A stretch of 62,974 nucleotides of DNA, filler included, from Globobulimina sp. (Eukaryota): the NCBI GenBank assembly GCA_003354225.1. It is 35 parts of 35 records of this genome, joined end to end, with 100 filler letters (N's around TTAATTAATTAA, not from the genome) between each part and the next. Parts side by side here need not be neighbours in the genome. Positions count along the whole stretch, not along the records: positions 10,819 to 12,521 come from PIVH01012932.1; positions 12,622 to 14,324 come from PIVH01012933.1; positions 14,425 to 16,127 come from PIVH01012934.1; positions 16,228 to 17,930 come from PIVH01012935.1; positions 18,031 to 19,733 come from PIVH01012936.1; positions 19,834 to 21,536 come from PIVH01012937.1; positions 21,637 to 23,338 come from PIVH01012938.1; 28 more parts are not named here. One strand, 5' to 3'. The notes below the pieces were generated by a model. The model was not told where the DNA came from and did not search any database. It saw only the letters and a program-made list of their open reading frames with translations. This document shows, in pieces, positions 11,153 to 21,700 of the stretch (position 1 is its first letter; the number at the start of each line of letters is the position of its first letter). The position numbers were made by a program, and so were the translations under genes.

Positions 11153-12521
11153 ATGTATGTGGTCAAGTCCTTACATTACATTTGTTAATGATATAAACAT
11201 ATTGCTATTTATTTTGATTATTGTTAGGTCTGATCATCGTCCAAGTTATCATTACACATTATTTGTATTTACATAGTATTTGTTATTTTTAATATCGTAT
11301 TTAGTGGCTAGAGATTTATCTAAAATGGGTTTCAGAAAGAACCACATTAACAGAGCGTTTAAAATATACAAAGTTCCGTTTTCCTTCGCAATTTACCCAC
11401 AAAAATACAACAAACCAAACAAACCATGCACAAATATACTAAAAATTAACAAATTTTGTACATCAAAAACAGAAAAACTACGGCAACAGATACAATCTAT
11501 CAGTTTTGACAGAATTTGTCTTACGATTACAATCAAATGCTAATAAGAAGAGACATTCAGTGGATAATGTAATTAATAACAAAAAATATAAAAATATAAA
11601 TATGGCGGCTCAAAGACCATCAATATCATATTCGCAGCCCTCCTCACAATGCTATCAAAGCCTTAAAAGCTGTCCAATCGCATCAAACCATCCATTATTT
11701 GCTAAACATGCACACTCAGTGAACCACGCAGATCAACTCTCAAACCCACGACTATCACTACATCCATATTCAAACATGAATAACCAAATCATTCCACCAT
11801 TAATGCCGCAGCCGCATCCACACAAAAATAAAAACAGAACGAGAATAACTCCGATAATATCCGATGACATAAATTTTGTAAAAACACCGCCATTGCCAGA
11901 ATCAAACAGTTTATATAATAATAATAATAATAATGAGATTATGAGCGATCATATTTTACACAAACAACGCACCGAAATACGAAATAAACTTCGTCATCGA
12001 CATAGTTTACAAAATAATACAAACACAAATCACAAAAAACCTGTTTGCAAAAAACGAAACAGTGCGACAAATATCAGTGCAAATGGTGGTAAATTACCCG
12101 ATAAAAAAAACAAGGATTATGATAACGAACAGATGATTGATAAAATCATTGGAGCGCAGCAATATAAATTATGGAATTTCAAGAATGAGAGAGTGGATAT
12201 CTATCGATATAAATGCTGCAATGTAAAATATCGGAATTTTGTGCCCAAATTATATGACATTGTATACCCCACAATATTATCATCCATGACCTTACCTCCT
12301 TCGCTTTGTAATATCAATAACAAATATAAAATTAACGTGATATTTGATACGCGAATGTTGCCAAACAACTGTACTAAGAATAGGAAGCACCGCGTGATTA
12401 AAACCGATTTTGTGTTTGATCTAAACAGCAGAACACAGCCTGTAATTGACGCTATTTTGAAGAATATTGATATTGAGTGGGATGATTATAATAATTTAAA
12501 TAAAACCTGCTTTATGTTAAA
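11153..12521 (+). CDS. Class I PI3K-like N-terminal region with a UBA-like start and Ras-binding-domain-like region (3' partial)
   Basis: Intron 11373-11472 joins LSKMGF..INRAFKIYK to the main ORF; QMIDKIIG..LWNFKNERVDIYR..IVYPTILSS..LP resembles the p110 linker before the RBD; upstream introns 11155-11227 and 11245-11304 are tentative. Confidence 0.5.
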
Positions 12522-12621
12522 NNNNNNNNNNNNNNNNNNNNNNNNNNNNNNNNNNNNNNNNNNNNTTAATTAATTAANNNNNNNNNNNNNNNNNNNNNNN
12601 NNNNNNNNNNNNNNNNNNNNN

Positions 12622-13142
12622 ATCTTTCACAATTTCAAGATTTAACTATGTTAGAATCATCTGATGATGAACCGAATGAAAATAATCCAGGAAATGATGT
12701 TGGTAGCACAATTATAGCAAATAATGAAAACGTTGTTTTTGATAGCACACAATTTCAAGATATATCAATGTTGGAATCATCTGATGATGACCAAAATGAT
12801 CAAAATGATAAACAGAATGAAAGTAATAATAACCATCAAATCAAACATATCGACATTATTAAATCAAATGAAAATGGTTTACAAATGAAAAAAGAAAAAG
12901 AAGAGCTTTTAATAACTGGATATTTGAGAGAATTACAACAAACAAACAAGGAATATGTATGTGTATCATCTGAAATTATTCATAATGTGAATATATTTTA
13001 TGGTTCAATTAAGGAACAATATACTTATAAATTTGGTGATATTACCAAAGGCACTGTGAAAGCAGCAACCAAAGCAATCAAAAATTATAAATTTGGGGAC
13101 ATTTCAAGAAGTGTGTTCCGAAAGATAAAGAAACAGAAATAA
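12622..13142 (+). CDS. Hypothetical protein with duplicated QFQD..MLESSDD, an LLITGYLR motif and two YKFGDI repeats (5' partial)
   Basis: ORF translation and internal repeats. Confidence 0.55.
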
Positions 13143-13335
13143 TATTAAAATAATATTCATGAACTGTAAATTAAGACTCTGGTGCCAGTGCATGCAAAGG
13201 AGAAAAAAACCTAGCTAGAGTTTCCAAAAATATTTGTTTCAAACATTTTTCGAATTAATAATTCACCCAACTGCAGTGCACCAAAGCAACATTTCTATAA
13301 ACCAAAAAGAATAAACAACAACGATTGTTGACATA

Positions 13336-14324
13336 ATGGAATCGATAATACGTAGAGCACATCAGATTATTGATAAAAAGTACAATAAAGCACACCAAAT
13401 CTTTCTAATAACTGGATACATTCGACAGAATATACCAATTGCAAGTATTGATAGTTTAGAAAATATATCTGCACTTTGCTCATCATACTGGGGATCGATT
13501 AAACAACAAATCGATGAAATACAAATTATGATGCAATCAAAATCAAAACGATTATCACAGCAACGAAGATGTGCCCAAATAACGTCAGGCCAAATTGCAG
13601 AAAATGAGACGAATATATTACAGAAACGAAATGAGGCAAAGAGAATATTAACAGAGATTGAGATGGAAAGGAAACAAATCACGCAAAGAACAGAAACTGT
13701 CGAGGCATATTTGGTCGAAGCAAAACCAGCATTAGAAGCAGCACAAAAAGCTGTTTCAAAAATTGGCAGATACAAAGTTGAACTAACACATTTACGACGG
13801 GCACCAAAAAGAGTGCTAATGACATTATCCGCAGTTGCTATGTTAACCGGAGTGCGTTGTAAAAGAAGAAAAGAAGTCGATACATTGAAATCAAATGAGG
13901 AGAAACGAAATATGAATATGTTGGTTTGCGGATTTATTCGGATAACTTCGGGATTGTTTACATTAATTATACCAAATGAGTTAATTGATTTAGTTATTAT
14001 GTGGTATCCAATCAGCACACAATATAAATATTACTCTTACTGTGAATTGAAAACACTCCACAAAATGTTGGCTAATCGTAAGTTTATTCCATCGCTGTTA
14101 AGATTTGATACCAACAAAATCAAAACAAAATGTCGGAGAAAAGTAAGAAAACAATATTTAGCAAGTGAAGAATTTACATTTGAACGAGTGAATAAAGCAT
14201 CGAAAGTGTGTGGTCCATTGGTATTATGGGTGATATCACAAATAAAATTTGCGGACGAAATGGATTCTGCAGAGCCAATGAGAAAGGAAATCGAGGAAAT
14301 GAAAAAACGGACAGATAGGAAAGA
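13336..14324 (+). CDS. Protein carrying a cytoplasmic-dynein-like stalk/microtubule-binding domain without upstream AAA domains (3' partial)
   Basis: EAKPALEAAQKAVSKI...FTFERVNKASKVCGPLVLWVISQIKFA..AEPMRKEI; ATG 13336 follows a ~190-bp intergenic region. Confidence 0.7.
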
Positions 14325-14717
14325 NNNNNNNNNNNNNNNNNNNNNNNNNNNNNNNNNNNNNNNNNNNNTTAATTAATTAANNNNNNNNNNNNNNNNNNNN
14401 NNNNNNNNNNNNNNNNNNNNNNNNCCACTTGTTTATCTGACACAAGCTTAACATTGACTAATTGGCGTTTTTGGTAGGAAAACAAAAAATATCAGATTTG
14501 CACAGATAAAAACAAAAATATCATTGATCTTATTTCACAAAAACCATAATATATCCATAATATTACAAGATAACATATGAAGTGTGTATAGTCTCACAAG
14601 GAATACATTATAATGTGTCGATATGAGAACAAAGAAGAATGTGTGATTTAAATATATCGAAGATTACTGAGGCAACAATACACACACAAACACTCCATAA
14701 AACTTATTGAATTATGG

Positions 14718-16127
14718 TTAAGGAAACTCAGACCATTCAGCAAAAAACAGTAAAAACCAATTGTCATTTACATATTTGCATAAAGGAAAAGGAAAAGGAA
14801 AAAAGGAAAAAAGGAAAAGGAAAATCCTGTACGGAAACAGAAGTAATGATAATGATGGAGTATTTGTTGGAGTTTCAGATGGATTATTGGATGACGATGC
14901 AGTTGGTTGAAATGTAAATGATATAGATGGATTTGATGAAGGTATATGTGTTGGAGATTGAGTTGGTTGTGTAGTGGGGTTATTGATAGGTGATTTTGAT
15001 GGGTTATTGGATGGAGAAATTGTAGGAGGATTGCTTGTTGGAATTGTTATTGTTTGGACAGTATTGTATGGAATTGTTCCAGTTGAACATCCTGCAATGA
15101 TTGCAAATTTGGCTACGTCTAATAATTCTTCAAATGGTTGTTCACAGGTTTCAGTATTATTTGTTAGTGAACATAAATCTTTGGCACAATTATTCAACCA
15201 ATTTGTTTTGTACATTGCTTCTGAAATAACGACATTTGTCCATGGACAGAATTCTGTTTGCATCTTATTCCATAATTTTTCACAACAATCAAGTGCACGA
15301 TAAAAGCAAACAAATGCTTCTGGTGGGGCGGGACAACTTGGATCATTTGGAATTGATGCTGTAGCATCACATAAATATGAATTCGCAAATTGATTAATTA
15401 AATTAATCACATTCTGGGGAGCTATTTGTATTATATTTGTTTTATTTGTTTATTAATATGGTAAATATATGTATTTCTATTCATATAATTTGATAGATAT
15501 AGCTTAACTTGGACCAACATCAACTAATGGTATCTGAATAATTGTACCATTAGATGTAGTAAAATCATCCGTAGGATTTCCATTAGCACGACCCAATAAA
15601 CCACATGCTTTATTTGAAAAATATTCTTCACTCAAAAATATCTGTAAATTATGTGTTTGATAACTAATATGAGCATAAAAATCTGTGGAATGTGCACCTG
15701 ACAATATTTCGAATGAATGAACAGCATTCGATATGATCCCCAAATTTGAAATTTCTTTTGTATATATGAAATAATTACCAGTAGAATCATCAAAAGTATA
15801 TATTGCACCAGATGTCAACGGTGAACCTGTTAATAAATCAACTGCATCATTTGATGGTATTGATGCATCCACTTTGATTCGATATGATTGAACATTGAGT
15901 TGGTTGAAAAATTTTAAAGTAATATACCCAATGCATCTTACACTGCTGGGACAAAGCGGTCCACCTTCTGGAACACAAAGAATATGCTGAACGTCAACTC
16001 CAAATGGTAAAAACTGTGTACCTGTACAGTTTGTAATGTATTGAAAACATCCATCAGTCTGTTGATCATATGCTGTGTTATCAAATGTAATAATATGAGG
16101 ATCACCGGATCCTGTTGCATACAAACA
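14718..16127 (-). CDS. VWD domain + Cys-rich + Pro/Thr-repeat mucin-like protein (5' partial; 3' end uncertain)
   Basis: GSGDPHIITFDN...ACGLLGRANGNPTDDF; 87-nt intron 15508-15422 joins the two ORFs in frame. Confidence 0.75.
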
Positions 16128-16229
16128 NNNNNNNNNNNNNNNNNNNNNNNNNNNNNNNNNNNNNNNNNNNNTTAATTAATTAANNNNNNNNNNNNNNNNN
16201 NNNNNNNNNNNNNNNNNNNNNNNNNNNTT

Positions 16230-16508
16230 TCAGAACTTTCATCTGTTACCTCTAGTATAAATAATGATGTTAGCTTGGCTATCGTCTCTCTTCAGTTTGG
16301 CGATATAGCAGAGCAATTAACGCATGAGTTAAAGGGGCATTTTGTTCATTGGAACTCATTGCTGGACTCCACCCCAGCCTTATCAAGCTTAAGCGAGCCT
16401 ACCGTCACGCATTTATTATCAGTTGTTAGGCAGTGGAAAGCCGAAGAGAAAACGGCTAAAGCAGTCTCTCACAGTAGCGTTGAAGAAGGTGATATTTCTC
16501 TATTTTAA
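16230..16508 (+). CDS. Bacterial (proteobacterial-type) methyl-accepting chemotaxis-like protein C-terminus (5' partial)
   Basis: AIVSLQFGDIAEQL...VSHSSVEEGDISLF-stop; followed by AGGAG and a further ATG at 16591. Confidence 0.65.
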   Translation, partial: SELSSVTSSINNDVSLAIVSLQFGDIAEQLTHELKGHFVHWNSLLDSTPALSSLSEPTVTHLLSVVRQWKAEEKTAKAVSHSSVEEGDISLF

Positions 16509-16699
16509 AGATTTATTTAGTACAGCGCTCACTGGTTATTTAAGATTGAGTACGCAGTACGTTTTGTTTATATCAGGAGCGCTAGGTTATATGAGTATAT
16601 CTACAAAAGTAACACGTGCACTCATACTAATTATTATATAACATATTACGACTTTTATTATCATAATATAATTATGGACTATAGATACGTTAATTTGTA

Positions 16700-17930
16700 T
16701 TAATACTCATCATTCTCATTTTGTGCTAATTTAATGGATTCGATTGTAGCAAACAATGCATCACACAACATTTCATTATCCGTAATACCAAATGCTTCCC
16801 CAATTTCCTCTGACGATTCTAACAACACAATATCTTCACCGACACAGCCAGAATCTCTCAATTCGCATAGCAATATATTGCTATATTGCTCCTCTACATC
16901 CATACTATTTACCCAATTTATTATATCCTCATTACTCCATTCCTCAATGGGTGTCATTTGCCATCCACAATTTATAATCAATTCCTTAATACCGGCACAT
17001 AACTCAGCACACAAAGCATCATTATTTTCAATACCAAATGCTTCACCAAAATCTTGACCACATTCCAATACAACAATATCCTCTCCAATGCATCCACACT
17101 CTTTTACTTCACCAATTATTCGATAATAATCATCATCGCTGATATTCGCCATATGCGTTATCCAATGTATTATATCATCAGTGTCCCAATGCTCAACCTT
17201 TGTATTCTTCCATTTCAATCGGTTACCTCCGCCATGTCGACGTATTTTTTCATACAACTGAAATACTTCAACCTCTTCAACCTTAAAATATCCATCATCC
17301 GTCAATTGGTATCCTGGTGGAACGCCATATGAATCATCGCCCTTTTCGTCAATATAAGCATACGATTCTTCATTAACATCACAATCATCCACTAATTGAA
17401 TCATTGCATTTGGTGCGTCACTTTCAGAATCACCAAACATCAAAAAACGTTCATTTTCCTGTCGAATACAACTTTTCCACGCATTGCGCACTGGAAATAT
17501 AGTCGGCGGCAATTGCAATGAATTAGATCTAATTAAATACATAAATGCATTTGAATCGCTTTGCGTTGCGGACGATTTATCCCAAGGCGCGGCTGTAAAT
17601 GCACCAAAAACATTATTTGTTTTGCTACATTGTATTATGCAAATTGTATTTTTCTTCATACGACAACATTCATAAAACAATTCCGATCTAAATCCGTATG
17701 CCGACCCTCGATATAAAAACTTCCATTGTTTCTTATATTTGTTATTGGTTTTGTTATTTACCAATTCTTGTAATTTCCGACATTCGCTATGGCTCAAAAT
17801 ATCACTCCATCCAGCAATGGTTTTGAATGAGAGGACATCACTAAATCGATCAAACTCTGTGTATCTTACACGTATCTTATATGATTTATTACGTTGTAGG
17901 TTTGAACATAAATAAGTTGTTTTCTTTGAA
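16700..17930 (-). CDS. FN3-TLDc-2xSAM-like protein (5' partial)
   Basis: NLQRNKSYKIRVR (FN3 end); WKFLYRGS..GF..FYECC..NVFGAFT..W..AFMY..VEEVEVF (TLDc); two W..ED...W SAM-like repeats. Confidence 0.75.
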
Positions 17931-18079
17931 NNNNNNNNNNNNNNNNNNNNNNNNNNNNNNNNNNNNNNNNNNNNTTAATTAATTAANNNNNNNNNNNNNN
18001 NNNNNNNNNNNNNNNNNNNNNNNNNNNNNNGAGCTAACCATTGTTGATCAATTTTAACTTCATCTTGAATATAAAATGA

Positions 18080-18595
18080 CTACATTAGCATTATAAAATG
18101 AAGTAGCATACCCATACCATACCAAGTCATTGTCGCATATTTTAGTGTTGGACAACTGTTCATAGCTCCCATTATTATGGAGGAGGATGAAAAAAATCCA
18201 ACAGCACTGCAGCCAGATGAAAATGTTGCAAAATGCTCCATTGGAACTTTATTTTTAAAGCCAACATACCAATTTAATACATTCTCCACAAATAATAGTT
18301 GATAGCAAATTTCCTCTCTAACTTTTGGATTTTCTAAAGAGAGTTGTGCTGTGGATAAATCTTGTGAAATATTCAACAAATCTTCTTTTTTCGCACTGAA
18401 TACTGACGTAATTACAACGGTATTAAACAATTTGTGCAACACATTTATGAAGTATAAGGGAACTAAACTGTCACATTTAGTTTCTAAATCTATTAATTTA
18501 AAGTATGAATATGTTAATGAAGCTGTTCCCACCACCAATGAAGCTTCCATTATACGGACGTTTTGCATCCATCTCACAAAAAGACTGTCATTCAT
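18080..18595 (-). CDS. Hypothetical membrane protein
   Basis: ORF from ATG 18595 with hydrophobic segments. Confidence 0.45.
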   Translation of the reverse strand: MNDSLFVRWMQNVRIMEASLVVGTASLTYSYFKLIDLETKCDSLVPLYFINVLHKLFNTVVITSVFSAKKEDLLNISQDLSTAQLSLENPKVREEICYQLLFVENVLNWYVGFKNKVPMEHFATFSSGCSAVGFFSSSSIIMGAMNSCPTLKYATMTWYGMGMLLHFIMLM

Positions 18596-18706
18596 ACATA
18601 CAATACGCTCGAGTTTACTTAATTGAGGATAAAAGTGACATACTCTAGACTTTTTTTCATGCTTTCTACTGAGTTGAAATATTGCAAAAAACATTTTCAG
18701 GCATAC

Positions 18707-19315
18707 ATGTTTACCAATTTCACGAAAAGAGTATATGCCAAACGTTTAGCAAGCAAAAAATGTTTAACATTAGCAGTGTTTCTTGTTGTCACAATATTAC
18801 TTGTATTATTATGCGCTTTCAATGATGATCATATGTATTTATCATTATCCAATCGAAGGAGTTTATTATCAGCACAATATCCTGACGTGAAAGTCGGCGA
18901 AATGCCCAACGCAAAGATAGCTGAATGTTGTATTTGTTTTGATCGTGCAAATTTGACGGATTCGGATTTTAAGAGAATGATTCAATTCCATTGTTCCAAT
19001 GCATCAAAAGATATCAATATTTGTCAACGATGTGCGAGTAATTTATCACAAAATACCAGCTGTCCATTATGTAAATCACATCCGTTATTAATGCATAATA
19101 ATACAGTAAATATCCCATATGGCGGTGCATTAAGTGTTTCCGGTGCATATTCGTCAAATAGAAGTTGTTTCCGATGCATTAATATCAACGATCCGTCGGA
19201 CCAGAAATATATAACGCCGTTACAACGCCAAATAATCGGAGGTTCAGTTGCTATATTGATTGTTGGTGCGGTGTTGTTGGTTTTGTTACATTATTATGCA
19301 TCTGCTAAATTTTAA
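18707..19315 (+). CDS. Membrane protein with a RING-like zinc finger between two TM segments
   Basis: CCICFD...HC...ICQRC...CPLCK; N- and C-terminal hydrophobic helices. Confidence 0.6.
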   Translation: MFTNFTKRVYAKRLASKKCLTLAVFLVVTILLVLLCAFNDDHMYLSLSNRRSLLSAQYPDVKVGEMPNAKIAECCICFDRANLTDSDFKRMIQFHCSNASKDINICQRCASNLSQNTSCPLCKSHPLLMHNNTVNIPYGGALSVSGAYSSNRSCFRCININDPSDQKYITPLQRQIIGGSVAILIVGAVLLVLLHYYASAKF

Positions 19316-19833
19316 TATGACCCAAATTTATTCCAATCAAAAACTGAACGTCACTTACTTTTTTTTTAGATGTTTTGTTGTTTCATGTTGCATTGTAAAT
19401 AATCTTTCTTATAATATGAAATGATATGGGTGCTTTTCCTGAAAGTACGATGGGGAGAGGTGATTTGTTGCGAATATGCATATAGAAACTAAATGCAACC
19501 TGTTAATTATTTTACAGCGCACATTCAGCCACTTTGAAAGAAAAAGTAGCCTTCGATTTGAAAAAACGGAGTGTTTAACGTACAACTCATACTGTTGACA
19601 GTATCAAGGCACTGAATATAATTCAGCTATTATTATAATACTGTCTGAACTGAAAGTTTTTGGTACAGTTCCAACTCACGAGCACATGGCAAACATTACA
19701 AAAAATGTACAAGAAATGGAACATATACCGTCTNNNNNNNNNNNNNNNNNNNNNNNNNNNNNNNNNNNNNNNNNNNNTTAATTAATTAANNNNNNNNNNN
19801 NNNNNNNNNNNNNNNNNNNNNNNNNNNNNNNNN

Positions 19834-21227
19834 TATTTCTAACACAAGAATATTTGGATTCTGTTCCATCCATTCGTTGGCTTGTTTGACAGCGCCAAAT
19901 CCATAATCACTTTCTGATTCAAATGATATTATTCTTGTTATTTTGCCTGATGTGTTATATCCAATTTTCCTCTGTGAACTTAAATTGTTGTGTGTTATAC
20001 GAACATTAACGTCTTTGTTATAATTATCATTACCATTCTTAATATCATCTTTGTTATCATCTAATAGTGCATTTGATGCACTTATGATTTGTTTTTGCAA
20101 TTTATTACCACATTGAAAACAAAAATTGGATTTTTTGACATTCTCTGTGCCACATTTGACTTTTTGCTTCCTGCGAAATGGTCGATGGTAACGTACAGTT
20201 TTCTGCAGTTTTATAAAAGCTTTACTGAATATTCACCAGCATAAATCTAAATGCACGGCTAGCTCACTAATAATTAGTGACAATCGACACAATGATGAAT
20301 GCCTTGTGTGATGGATGATGATGCGCGTTGGTTGGATGGAGTGGATATATTGGATGAGAAGAGTGATAAAATATATGTTGTGTGAGAGGGATGAGTTGAA
20401 AAAGACAAAGTGAGCAATTCAAATGTGGAGGAAGTGAAGGATGAAAATGGATGATTTGGATTGTTTAAGTTGATGGAGGATTTGGATTTTTACAAAAACG
20501 TACGGTCAACAATGATGGTCAACAGCCTGTCATGTCAGGTCATAATTTTAGATCAGAAAATAAATCTGACCGATCAGAATGAAATCAGTTGATTATGACA
20601 TGAATTGTGAAGGTTGACTGGTCAGCGAAATGCAGTGATCGATGGGACAAATCTGACCGGTCAACATACGATATGCTATTCCTAACCTGACCGATCAATC
20701 AAGGTAATTATAACCTGACTGATCAGCTATCATTATGGACCGTACGTATCTGGATTTCATGTACTACGGACTTCCGATGGTCATAATATTGGGTATATGT
20801 ATGTAGTAGGTGGTGGTGATGGTGATGGTGATATGCATATGCATAAGAAAGGAGAAAGAAAGATAGGAGATATATAGAAAGGAGATAGAAAGGAGAGAAA
20901 CGGATAATGATATATAAGAAGGGATATGAAGAGAAGGAGATGGAGGTAGAGGCAGATTCAATAGATAAAGATCATAGGAGACACAAACATCACCGCAATG
21001 ATTCAGTAAATTTGTGTGTTAATTTGCGTGTGGCCATGGATTGTGTTGTATATCGATGTATTCTATGAAACATGAAATTGTAATGGTACCAGCTAGCTAT
21101 GTTAAATTAAACGGTTAAACGCTAGCCAGTCTGCAAAAACTGGAAAACTGTAAAACAGTACTAGCCACCAACCATTTCGCAGGAAGCAAAAAGTCAATTG
21201 TGTACAAAACACTGTTACCACTGACAT
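19834..21227 (-). pseudogene. Zinc-ribbon protein gene interrupted by a TIR element (3' partial)
   Basis: Removing 20157-21196 plus one ATT restores MSVVTVFCTQCGTENVKKSNFCFQCGNKLQKQ in frame. Confidence 0.85.
20157..21196. mobile_element. Non-autonomous DNA transposon (MITE-like), 1040 bp, 26-bp perfect TIRs, 3-bp ATT target duplication
   Basis: TGACTTTTTGCTTCCTGCGAAATGGT at 20157-20182 and its reverse complement at 21171-21196; ATT at 20154-20156 and 21197-21199; no transposase ORF. Confidence 0.9.
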
Positions 21228-21700
21228 TGAGTTTTTATTTTCTACTGCAGTCTGCAGTTTAGTTTTTCATTGCTGAGCACTAAACGCACCACTGAATCGA
21301 TAATCACACTCCAAAACTTAAGAAGAATGATTATTGTTTGAAAGAGTGTGGACACTTTCTCAGGGGTTTTAAAATTGTGGGTTGAACATTTGAGTAACAT
21401 GTTCAACATGTTGTCTAAGAGCTGGCTGCACCAAATCTAATATGCCAGCATATGCCTGCATGTTGAACAACATGTTTAACATGTTCCTTACCAGCATGCT
21501 GCACCAAATTGAACAGTCTGATAAAAATGCCAACATNNNNNNNNNNNNNNNNNNNNNNNNNNNNNNNNNNNNNNNNNNNNTTAATTAATTAANNNNNNNN
21601 NNNNNNNNNNNNNNNNNNNNNNNNNNNNNNNNNNNNAACTAGTACAGACAGTGTATAATATACAATAAATAAAAAGTTAACTGATATCGGCGTAGCACAG

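Noticed and set aside
20157-21196. TIR element as an introner (precisely spliced intron)
   Set aside because: No GT/GC-AG pair at the boundaries restores the CxxC motif
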